In this document: in pieces, positions 1 through 10,378 of the stretch
Layout: every line of letters starts with the position of its first letter
Position numbering within the stretch: position 1 is the first letter of the stretch
Assembly (NCBI GenBank): GCA_002269645.1
Contig: NIVC01005093.1
Span: forward strand, 1 to 26,399
DNA from: Macrostomum lignano
Taxonomy: Eukaryota
Reading direction: 5' to 3'
DNA length: 26,399 nt
The notes under the pieces: generated by a model
The model's database searches: none
What the model was told of the DNA's origin: nothing
Seen by the model: the letters and a program-made list of their open reading frames with translations, nothing else
Translations under genes and position numbers: made by a program

Positions 1-887
1 AAAGTTATTTTGTAAAAAATTGGACATTTTCTAAGCAAAAGACATCATTAAGTTTATGTACCTTTTAAAAACAAATAGAAGCTTTAGAAGGTTAAAACAA
101 ACTATATATAAAATTATAGTACTTGCATCATCAGATAAAAACATTAGCAACCATATAATCTATTATATATTTAATATATTAGTACCTCAAAGTTACTGAA
201 TTGACTGAAAAAAATATGTTACGACCATAAGGCTGCCTTTTCTTTTGTATCTTTGTTGCCTTTTGAGTTTATATATTCTAATAGAAGAGTATGACTTCTA
301 AAGATGTTCTTAGTCAAATTAAAAAAAATATTGCAAAAAATCAAAAATGAAAAATGTTATAAGACTTTTACCTTTTCGTTTCTTTCTATATGTCAAAAAT
401 CCTGTTGTTACGACCATAAGTGCCATTCAAGGTTTAATAGCATCTATACTAATGATGATATCTATATGAAACTTTATAAACATATTCTTGACAAAAAAAT
501 CTTTCATTCAAAAATTGGTTTAGTATATTCTATTATTAGATTTCATTTTATAAGTAAAAATAGTCTGTCATGTTACGACCATAATTATATAGAATGGCCC
601 TATAGGTTTAGTTCAGCTGGTTAACAAACTGCCAGCTATGGCAAGACCAAGACAAGCATGCTTGCTAGTCTAGTCTAAGTCTAGAAACTAGTCTAGAGGC
701 CAATTAAAAAGATTGAGGAGAAAAGTTGCAAGGGCCTTAAATCTTGATTTAACATGCATTTACTCCTATCTTTGTTTGCCCTTTTCCTAACTATTATGAC
801 TATACCTATGACTTCAAATTTAAGAATCGATGCAAAGATAGTTCCAAGAATTGGAATTCAGTGGTTTCAAAATCTGTAGGTTTTAAT

Positions 888-1921
888 TAGGGGTCCCAAT
901 CCGGGATCCCGGCTTTTTGTTAGTGTTTGGGATCCGCGGATTAGGGGTCCGGGATCCTGGTAAACACGGGATTGGAATTTACACTTTGCAGAAGTGAATA
1001 TGTTTTGTCTTGCAATTAGCACTCAACAGTTTTGGGAGAATTTTTGCATCTTGAGAATGAAGTTATAGAATAAAGGACAGTAGGGCTATCAATCAACTGT
1101 ATCAAGCACTACTAGTCACTAGACTAGACTAAGGGGTCTGACTCTAGTCTAGACTCTAACTGTCTAAGTGGCAATGGCATGGACACTAGGCCCACTGGCC
1201 CAGCCCCTGCTGCAGTGCGCAGACACAGCTAAGGAAGGGAAAGGGGAAAATGGGGGTGGGGTGCGGACTGGGTTCTGAGTCTGAGTCTCTGTGTGTGTGT
1301 GCATGTGAGGTGGTCTGTGTTGGGGCAGAGAGAGGCACCAGCACAGGGTATATGGTCCTAATCCGAGGGGAGAGAGTGTAGTTTAGTGTGTATGTACAAC
1401 TAACAACTACATGTAACTTCAACTATTTTATCAATGCAGTTCTACTCGTATAAGCTGGAAATAGAAATTAGAAACCTAAATACTCAAATTGGTTGAGAAA
1501 TTGTTTTGTGGACAATGGGAAAGCTTCCCGTAAATTTGTTTGTTCAATCCCGGGATTGGCCCAGGATCCCAGGATTGGGTCAATTTTTTGTCCAGGATCC
1601 AGGATCATACATGTGCAACCTCCAAAATTCGGTCAGCCGTGCGACTTAGTTTTAACAAAAAGCGACGTAGTTTTTGGCCAAAAATGCGACTTACATATAA
1701 AAAAACCCGAAAGCAAAATTAACGCAACTTTGGGTAAACGGCAGGAGTAACTATGACTGTTTTATTAAGCTAAAATGCCTCGTCAGCTACTTAGTACTAC
1801 TTTTCAGGTTATTTTTTGGGTGGGCATTTTTGCGACTTCCTTGATTGGCCGCCAAATCGGTCGGCCGACTGTTGCGCATGTATGCCCAGGATTGTAAAAT
1901 GTCTAGGATTAGGGACCCCTA
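888..1921. mobile_element. Non-autonomous hAT-superfamily DNA transposon (1034 bp)
   Basis: Termini TAGGGGTCCC-AATCC (888..) and GGATT-A-GGGACCCCTA (..1921) are inverted repeats. Identical 8-bp flanks GTTTTAAT at 880-887 and 1922-1929 form the TSD. GGATCC/CCAGGAT subterminal repeats cluster at 901-975 and 1545-1610. No transposase ORF. An 8-bp TSD with a TAGGG terminus is typical of hAT. Confidence 0.85.
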
Positions 1922-4348
1922 GTTTTAATAGCTTGTATCTCTACTAGATTTGTATTTTGCATCTGATGAGTCATTTGAATCAGGGCTCTTATCTTCCATG
2001 CCAAATCATCTAGCAAGTGGAATTATTCTTGAGCTAGGGCCTATAAGTATAGGTGAATACATTATGAATTGTATCACACAATATTCACTATATTCATTTT
2101 ACTTTGACTTCTAGACATTCATGAATCATGACTTATGTAGTATGCTCACTAAACTGTATTAAGAAATTTACAAATTTCCTCACAGGCACCTGCCACTAGA
2201 TGGCATACAGATTAGCTATTATAAAAACACAAGTAATCTACATGGTATCCTAATTAGCTGATGAGGCATAATTAGCCTTAAAAATATAGTCATAGTAAAT
2301 CCTGCTATTTATCCAAAAGTATGTTTATTTTGCTTTGCTATTTTAGAGGTAACTCATATTTTTTATTACCAACTGTCGCATGGCCAGCATTATTTAGGAG
2401 TTTGCACATGTATATGCAACAAGGTCCACCCAGGCAATCTAGTACTGCATGTAAGATGTAATGATGTATGGTGTGTAGCAAGGAGAATTCTTTAGGCTTT
2501 TGAAAATATATGACAAACGTAATGAATTCACAAACGTACAGTACACGTTGGTGGATTTGTAGGTGGTTGCACTGGTTGGTTCAGATCGAGAATCAAGATC
2601 TAACAGATGAGCTACAGTAACATTTTCTTATCAGATATCCGAGATCTAGTTGAAGAATGTGCCGGCATTTGAAATTTTGACAATTTATAAACAAATCATC
2701 CAACACAAATATGCAGAAAAATTTTAGTCCTAGTTAAAAAGGCTTTTAAAGTTAAATTTAAAATAGGCCTAATATTAATAATCCAATGGTAAATTGTTCC
2801 ACGACAATCAAATTTGGTACAAACTTAATTCCCTTAGAGCTTGATGTTTAATATTATAATTTAAAGTACATGTTTGATCATTACCTTTCCTCACAGAAAA
2901 GTACAAAACTCTAAAGATTAATAAAAAGCAGTTGTTAAATTCTGAAAGAATTGGAGAGGCAATAAGAAGTAAAAAAGAGGTATAAAAGGATTAAGGTAGA
3001 CTTGCTCCTTTTCTTGCAAATTAAAATATAACAAAAGAACTGCTGTAGGACGAAAGTATAGGGTTTAGCAGTTCTGTAACATTTCAGAAAATGCTGTCAG
3101 AAATTTCTTTGTTTGTACTAACCAAATTTGATAAAGTACAGTAAACGGTTGTGTGCAAAACAACAACAACAAAAACAAAAACGACAACAACAAAAACAGC
3201 AAAAAATTACATTGTCAGCCAGTCAAGCGTAGGAAAATGTCATAGGGCGCGTTTTAAGGACTGGGCGCGAACGTATAGGCCGCACCGCCTGCGCGGTGCA
3301 CCTGCATCAGCCAGCTATGTAGCAAGGAAGGCAGTCAAGAGGTCCACGAAACGCCCGCCCGTAAGTAGGGCGGGCGCGTCAGCAGTATGCAGCACCTCCT
3401 GCACTGGCTGTGGGCAGTGCGACTCGGCTCACATAAAATCGCCTGCCAGCTAGAGCTAACAACAGTAATTGCTGGGATGGCAACAGGCCGGTGCGGTGAT
3501 CGCGTATATGCGTATCAATCTTTGACTACGAGCTAAAATAAAAGCTACATATACACGATTTTAGTACGTATTCATTTCCCGATTGACATTCAGATTCACA
3601 TTCAAATTTTAACAAAGCCGCTGTAACCTTTCTTTACTTGAACGAAACGCTTTAAAATTTTACAAAAACTTTGACGCAATCAAGAAAAAAACCTACGTAA
3701 AATATCTCAGCATTTAAAAATTGACTGTACAAATTATTCACATATAAAGTTTGTTCCTATCTCCTTAGTGTATTATTATGCAACTCAACAAAACGGCTTA
3801 AAATACACGCAGAGCTACGAAACTTTATTTTTCTCTTGACGCATGCGAGATGCGTTGGCAAGTCAAAAATCAGCACCCTAGCTTAAAGCCTGTACGAGTT
3901 ATTCACCTGCAAACTGTGTTCCTATCTCCGTAGTGTATTTTAGGGGTCCAGCTTGACATTCGCTGAGAACCACTATATTGCTGTATAAAAACTGGAAAAT
4001 TAGGACGGGTGAAAATTCATATCTCGAGCAACTGTTTATTTTCAAAACAAATTAACATTTTTCAAAGCGTAACTTAAAGCGGGAAATTAAAGCAATGAAC
4101 GGAACAAAAATTTTTAAAGAAAAACATCATGCATCAAGAAGCATAAATAAATTTTGCGCTGTATGGCTTAATCTGCATGCTTAGAAAAGTACTAAGAGAT
4201 TTTTAGTGCATTTTGTAGAAGAAGAAAAACATCATGTACTAGAGGAAGGAAATAAATTATTTAGAGTTGGACGAGAATTCTTTTATTGAAATGGCAAGTA
4301 AATAATTTAAGCCTTCGAAACCTTTAGCTCAATTAGCTCATTCCTGCT

Positions 4349-4862
4349 TTTTGTGTCGTAACTAGGAGCCCGTAAAAGGGCCGTTCGTCTAACTAACCTT
4401 TTCTTACTTTTTCTTACTACTCTACTTTAAGTAGTGCAGTTAATAAATTATTCGTATATTGTATTGTGAAACGTATTTTTAATCACGTGACATTTTGGCG
4501 GTCGAATTTATCGATCGTGTAACAATTTACTGTTAAATATCAAATATAAGCGCGGGTTGCCCTAAGTGGAGCTCGTACCTTTTTTTCCGGCAAAAAGTCT
4601 TACCTGCCACTCGTGTTTCCTGTGTTAGTCTGCTGAGACACCACATTGGCGACGAGGATGGGATACGAACCCACGCGGGGAAACCCAATGGATTAGCAGT
4701 CCAGGGAGGGGGGAAATGTTGTGTCGTGACTAGGAGCCCGTAAAAGGGCCGTTCGTCTAACTAACCTTTTCTTACTTATTCTTACTACTCTACAGTAGTG
4801 CAGTTAAGAAAAAGTAACAATTGTCGAAAAAACGAAAAATGTAGAAAAATAACGACACAACA
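4349..4862 (+). mobile_element. Miniature non-autonomous LTR retroelement (TRIM-like, 514 bp) nested in the MULE
   Basis: 5' LTR 4349-4645 (T[T]TTGTGTC...GACACCACA). PBS TGGCGACGAGGATGGGAT at 4647-4664. PPT GGGAGGGGGGAAA at 4704-4716, abutting TGTTGTGTCG at 4717. 4717-4807 repeats 4349-4443 with 3 substitutions and a 4-bp indel. Element ends ...ACGACACAACA at 4862. 5-bp TSD CTGCT at 4344-4348 and 4863-4867. Confidence 0.88.
4647..4703 (-). tRNA. 3' part (positions 28-76 including CCA) of tRNA-Ser(GCU); non-functional retro-copy serving as an extended PBS
   Basis: Minus strand reads TGGAC-T-GCT-AATCCAT (anticodon arm), TGGGTTTCCCC (long variable arm), GCGTGGGTTCGTATCCCATCCTCGTCG-CCA (T arm, acceptor strand, CCA). 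This matches the conserved animal tRNA-Ser(GCU) 3' half. The D arm and 5' acceptor strand are absent. Confidence 0.85.
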
Positions 4863-5301
4863 CTGCTCACTGGCATAAAACGAATCTGTTACTCGTACAT
4901 GAGCTAGGAATAAAATCCACGAAATTATATAAATTAGATTACAGTATTTACACTTTCCGCCTCTGTTGTCTGGACAGTGACTAAGATTCAGGGAATTCAT
5001 CTAATGGGAAACATATGACGGGATAGAAAGTTCACAAATTCGGCTCTGGTTATAGCTGGGTCACCCACCTGAGCCTGAAAAATAATTTCTGTACGGACCC
5101 CTGCCACACATCCCTTATGAGCACGCATCGCATCATTTTTACGCTGCTTTAGTGGGGTCCTCATGATCGGGAGTTGTTTGAGCCATCTGGTGTAGCCCGG
5201 AAGTCGAAAACGGGACTCATAGGAAGTCTGCTACACCATGCAGCCATGCAGAAGACTTTTTAAACAGTTGGATCCTCTTTCTGTGAATGATGAAGAGGTG
5301 A

Positions 5302-5570
5302 CCGGACATTTTGTCAACCAGCATTTCGTCAACCGGCAGTTCGTCAACCAGACATTACGGCAACTCAGCAAATTGTAGCTGATAATTATAGCTCTGCACC
5401 AGCCAGAGAATGTGAGAAGTGATAATGCGATGTCAAATTTGTTTAAAGAATTTACACTTGGAAGTAAATTTTAGCTTGAATCAAATGTCCAGTTGCCGTA
5501 ATGTCTTCATGGTTACGTGATGTACATGTACGATACCAGTTGTCAAAATGCCGGTGGACGAAATGTCCTG
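5302..5570. mobile_element. MITE-like element nested in the MULE
   Basis: Imperfect 35-bp terminal inverted repeats (28/35) built from CATTTYGTCAACC subrepeats. Perfect 16-bp inner inverted pair AGACATTACGGCAACT (5350-5365) / AGTTGCCGTAATGTCT (5491-5506). TSD not resolved. Confidence 0.5.
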
Positions 5571-5687
5571 GAACTGATGAAGATACGCCCGTACTAGCGC
5601 ATTAGACTACAAAAACCATTGTACTTTAAGGGAACGTCAGAACGTTAGCTCTTTTGTTTTCAGATGATCAGATGTCAGAAAAATAAA

Positions 5688-6584
5688 GTTTCATAGCTCT
5701 ACGTTGAGTAGAAGTGTCTGTCAGCGAATGTCAAGCTGGACCCCCAAAATACACTACGGAGATAGGAACACAGTTTGCAGGTGAATAACTCGTACAGGCT
5801 TTAAGCTAGGGTGCTGATTTTTGACTTGCCAACGCATCTCGCGTGCGTCAAGAGAAAAATAAAGTTTCGTAGCTCTGCGTTGAGTAGAAGTGTCTGTCAG
5901 CGAATGTCAAGCTGGACCCCCAAAATACACTACGGAGATAGGAACACAGTTTGCAGGTGAATAACTCGTACAGGCTTTAAGCTAGGGTGCTGATTTTTGA
6001 CTTGCCAACGCATCTCGCATGCGTCAAGAGGAAAATAAAGTTTCGTAGCTCTGCGTTGAGTAGAAGTGTCTGTCAGCGAATGTCAAGCTGGACCCCCAAA
6101 ATACACTACGGAGATAGGAACACAGTTTGCAGGTGAATAACTCGTACAGGCTTTAAGCTAGGGTGCTGATTTTTGACTTGCCAACGCATCTCGCATGCGT
6201 CAAGAGAAAAATAAAGTTTCGTAGCTCTGCGTTGAGTAGAAGTGTCTGTCAGCGAATGTCAAGCTGGACCCCCAAAATACACTACGGAGATAGGAACACA
6301 GTTTGCAGGTGAATAACTCGTACAGGCTTTAAGCTAGGGTGCTGATTTTTGACTTGCCAACGCATCTCGCGTGCGTCAAGAGAAAAATAAAGTTTCGTAG
6401 CTCTGCGTTGAGTAGAAGTGTCTGTCAGCGAATGTCAAGCTGGACCCCCAAAATACACTACGGAGATAGGAACACAGGTTGCAGGTGAATAACTCGTACA
6501 GGCTTTAAGCTAGGGTGCTGATTTTTGACTTGCCAACGCATCTCGCATGCGTCAAGAGAAAAATAAAGTTTCGTAGCTCTGCGT
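5688..6584. repeat. 176-bp tandem repeat, ~5 near-identical copies, derived from the inner part of the MULE right TIR
   Basis: TGAGTAGAAG recurs at 5705, 5881, 6057, 6233 and 6409 (period 176). Each unit is 160 bp of TIR sequence plus the 16-bp spacer TGAGTAGAAGTGTCTG. Confidence 0.95.
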
Positions 6585-7841
6585 GTATTTTAAGCCGTTT
6601 TGTTGAGTTGCATAATAATACACTAAGGAGATAGGAACAAACTTTATATGTGAATAATTTGTACAGTCTATTTTTTAATGCTGAGATATTTTACGTAGTT
6701 TTTTTCTTGATTGCGTCAAAGTTTTTGTAAAATTTTAAAGCGTTTCGTTCAAGTAAAGAAAAGTTACAGCGGCTTTGTTAAAATTTGAATGTGAATCTGA
6801 ATGTCAATCGGGAAATGAATACGTGATTTTAGTGACAGATAAGTTTGCTATATATTGCTATTAATTATATATAGTACGTGAAAAATTTACGAAAAACTGC
6901 AATTTTTCATCATTTAGAACGCTTAAACACTATTTGTAGCTGTGCTGTGGTGCTCTCTAAAATTAGTTTTATTACTGACAAACGTTCATGCAATTGCGGA
7001 TTGTGGGATGCCACACTGTCTTTACATATACATTTTTGCATCTTTAAAAACGACGTACCAATAACGTACTTGTGCAATAAAGACATAGAGACGTTTGTAC
7101 TTGTAAATAGCTCGTACTACATACAAAAGACAGTACATGGTACACACGGAACTTCTGATAAAAAAGAATCACAAAGACAAGGGCAAAGTATAGGGATCGA
7201 AGCTGGGGGCTATGATGATATTTTTCCAATCCAAATTTTAATATGTGAATTTTGACAGGTGATTATAAATATCAATCAAAACATCTCTGGTATATGTCTG
7301 ATTGAGTAATTTAAGTTAAAAAGATTTGAAAATTACAAATATTTGCGAATATTTATAGCTATTGTGGGCTCGTGCGAGAAGCGATCGCGAGTTATCGAAC
7401 ACTTATATATAGTTCGATAACCCTCGATAACAATACGAGCGTATTACGAGAGTTTACTATAGATGTCCCTTCTACATGCATGCAGCGACGTCCTGAGACG
7501 TCGGGTACGCCGCAGAAGCGTAGGCGGACATTGAAATTTTCCACGGAAAGTGAAACAGACTGGACAAAGTGTACGTAAGCAACATTTTTCGATAGATTAG
7601 TATGCGCAGGTAGTAAGATAGTATAGGAAAAGACATTTGTTAGTCATATCTAAGTTTTATTATGTACATGTTAAGCCTCATTTGAAACGTTTTGATAGTA
7701 CACTTTATTTGATTGGCTATCCATCCTTGACCTGACAACCATGCCATATTTTTGCTATAAAGTTATTCTCAAGTCTTTTCGTCAGGCTAGCTATCATGCC
7801 TTACATGTACATGTAGCTTCAGTCCCGAAAGCTTGCATTAT

Positions 7842-10378
7842 TCACTCCACTAGAATCATCATTCGAATGCTTTTTAGCGACACAAAAGCATTATCAATGG
7901 CATACCAAGTAATGTACTTGTGATGACGAATCTCGCCGCTAACAAACAGTCCATTAGGATTGGTGTAGAAGCAGCTCTTGAACCACCATCCCGACGCGCT
8001 GGCGTAGTTAATCGAGCAGGAAAATGAACTAGCCTGATCGTTATCACGGTCCATAGTGGAGAACATCATGCCTCGGCTCCTCTCGGCCAGTCCGTCGGTG
8101 GCGATGTTGGACCTCTCGGTGGCGTAGCGACTGTAGCTCAGCAGGTAGTTGGTCGACGAGTTGCCCACCTGAAAGCCGTCGTACTCGCAGTGGAACTGAG
8201 AGCCGTCCCATTTGGTCAGTTCAAAGCGTACGGTTGCTCCGGCGCCGTTATTGCCCGTGTCGCCATATGTGGTGAGTCGGTGCAGTTGTTTGAGTCCTGC
8301 ATTGCAATATTAAGGATTATTATATTGCATGTACTCGGGAAAAGACTGAGTGAGAGTGACAGCTTGATGAGTAAAGAGCGCCGTGTCTCTTTGTTGGCGC
8401 CGCTGTTTCTTGGTAGGCATCCTGTTTCTTGGTGGGCGCCCTGTCTCTTGGTGGGCGCCCTGTCTCTTGGTAGGCGCCCTGTCTCTTGGTGGGCGCCCCT
8501 GTCTCTTAGTGGGTGCCCTGTCTCTTGGTGGGCGCCCTGTCTCTTGGTGGGCGCCCTGTCTCTTGGTGGGCGCCCCTGTCTCTTAGTGGGTGCCCTGTCT
8601 CTTGGTGGGCGCCCTGTCTCTTAGTGGGTGCCCTGTCTCTTGGTGGGCGCCCCTGTCTCTTGGTGGGCGCCACTGTCTCTTGGTGGGCGCCCATGTCTCT
8701 TTGTGGGCACCCCTGTCTCTTGGTAGGCGCCCCCTGTCTCTTGGTAGGCGCCCCTGTCTCTTGGTGGGCGCCCCTGTCTCTTGGTGGGCGCCCCTGTCTC
8801 TTGGTAGGAGCCCCTGTCTCTTGGTGGGCACCCCTGGCTCTTGGTGGGCGCAGCCGTCTCTCCTGGTGGGCGCCCCCTGTCTCTTGGTAGGCGCCCCTGT
8901 CTCTTGTTGGGCGCCCCTGTCTCTTGTTGGGCGCCCCTGTCTCTTGGTAGGAGCCCCTGTCTCTTGGTGGGCGCCCCTGTCTCTTGGTAGGAGCCCTATC
9001 TCTTGGTGGGCGCCCCTGTCTCTTGGTAGGAGCCCCTGTCTCTTGGTGGGCGCCCCTGTCTCTTGGTAGGAGCCCCTATCTCTTGGTGGGCGCCCCTGTC
9101 TCTTGGTAGGAGCCCCTGTCTCTTGGTGGGCGCCCCTGTCTCTTGGTAGGAGCCCCTGTCTCTTGGTGGGCACCCTGTCTCTTTTTGTGGGCACCCTAAC
9201 CCCTGGTTTCTAGGCCGGTGCATGCCACGACCGAGAGATAGCAAAAGTTGATGAGCTCCCGTCATTCATCGAGTTCAGGTTACCTGTTTCATTTAGTTTT
9301 TGGAGAAGCGAGAAAAACAACCCTAGTTGGGGTAACGGAGGCTTTGAGCACAATTGCAAATTAAGGCCACAGTCGCCAGCGAAGAGGCAAAGCAGTCATG
9401 CCAATTCCACACCCGGTTACGTTCGAGCGTTACGCTCTCACATACGCTGGTAGACTACCAGACTAATTTCCTTGAACGAGTGATAAATTAAGGGGGTCCA
9501 GTGCAGAATCGCACTCAGCAACCCCACCACAGGCCCCCTACATGCAGAATCCACCAAGCACAAGCCCTATTGTCTTCCCAAGAGAGCCACCTGTCCAGAA
9601 GTTGTCCGCATCGCCAAATCCTGTTTCGTAGTCTAGCCAGGTCCGGCTGAAGTTCACGCTGGCAGACAGACGCTGCTGCAGTAGGCAGAAGCGACGGGAG
9701 CCGATCCAGCGCACGCGACAATCCGGAAATTCGTCAGTTCGATCTGTGTGGTTTTAAATTGTCAGCTTGAATTGAGTTGGAACAAATCGTATCCAAGGAC
9801 CACAAGAAGTTACCGTTGTATCTTCATAACTACGGTTACGATAACTGTTGTTACTGTTGTTGCTACGGTGACTTCTTGTGGTCTTCGATGGTAACTTTAT
9901 GTATTAGTGACTTACACAGCTTCATGAGCTCACAGCCATTAGGCAAGTAGCTGTGGCTTATGTCGCTAACGTTGTACATCAGGCAGAGTCCATTAGGCAG
10001 TCTGCACACCGATTTGCAATGCCTTTTGTGCCTATTCAGAGCGCACAGCTGCAGACACTGCGAGAGACTGTCCGATGGAGTCACGGTTGACACCGTTGCG
10101 ATGGATGCATTGATACCAGGATTTGGAGCGATTGACAAGAAGCCGAAGGTGCCTAAAGTTTATGTACAGGTATCTATGATACAGTAAAGATAAGAATATC
10201 CGTTGTTTTTGGTGCGTACAAAGCGACCAAGCATTATATAATGCACTACAGATCACAACGCATGCTAAATTTAAGCATATTACTTACTCGTACTTCTGGA
10301 TGTCTCACAAGAAAATACTGTTTGGTCATGGCATACGAGACTTGCCATGGCAACCAAAAGCTGGAGCAGCAGTTGCAT
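7842..10378 (-). CDS. Secreted PAN/apple-like + fibrinogen C-terminal domain (FReD) protein, 4 exons, 311 aa: join(10288-10378, 9916-10152, 9591-9743, 7842-8296)
   Basis: Exon 1: signal peptide MQLLLQLLVAMASLVCHDQ..., donor GTAAGT. Exon 2: SLSQCLQLCALN...CKSVCRLPNGLCLMY (PAN-like Cys spacing), donor GTAAGT. Exon 3: LLQQRLSASVNFSRTWLDYETGFGDADNFWT. Exon 4: GLKQLHRLT...FSTMDRDND...GWWFKSC..NPNG...SLKSIRMMI (FReD hallmarks). All introns are GT-AG and phase 1. Exon total 936 nt is in frame with no internal stop. Confidence 0.88.
8378..9196. repeat. GC-rich minisatellite, 19-21-bp unit CCTGTCTCTTGGTGGGCGCC, about 40 copies, in intron 3 of the FReD gene
   Basis: Direct inspection. It generates the spurious repetitive ORFs at 8190-9265. 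Confidence 0.95.

Larger units (their letters stand above)
3566..6824. mobile_element. Non-autonomous Mutator/foldback-like DNA transposon with ~400-bp TIRs (3259 bp)
   Basis: 3566-3966 is the reverse complement of 6425-6824 (ACGTATTCATTTCCCGATTGAC...), with about six differences by eye. Exact 9-bp direct flanks GATTTTAGT at 3557-3565 and 6825-6833. Long TIRs with a 9-bp TSD are typical of MULE/FB elements. No transposase recognised inside. Confidence 0.88.

Noticed and set aside
2258-2285. Hammerhead ribozyme core (CTGATGAG-GC...GCC), also CTGATGA at about 1963, 5575 and 25571
   Set aside because: The required GAAA after stem II and the stems I/III are not present.
4647-4703. Functional tRNA-Ser gene
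   Set aside because: The 5' half and A box are missing, CCA is encoded and A58 is substituted. It is a retroelement primer-derived copy.
5688-6584. CRISPR-like appearance of regular repeats (also 23537-23781 and 217-584)
   Set aside because: Spacers are identical or absent, there are no cas genes, and the context is eukaryotic.
7391-7504. Palindromes GTTATCGAAC/GTTCGATAAC and CGACGTC-ctga-GACGTCG
   Set aside because: Probably remnants of transposon ends, but no partner end or TSD could be identified.
8190-9265. Multiple overlapping repetitive ORFs
   Set aside because: Translations of the 19-21-bp minisatellite.
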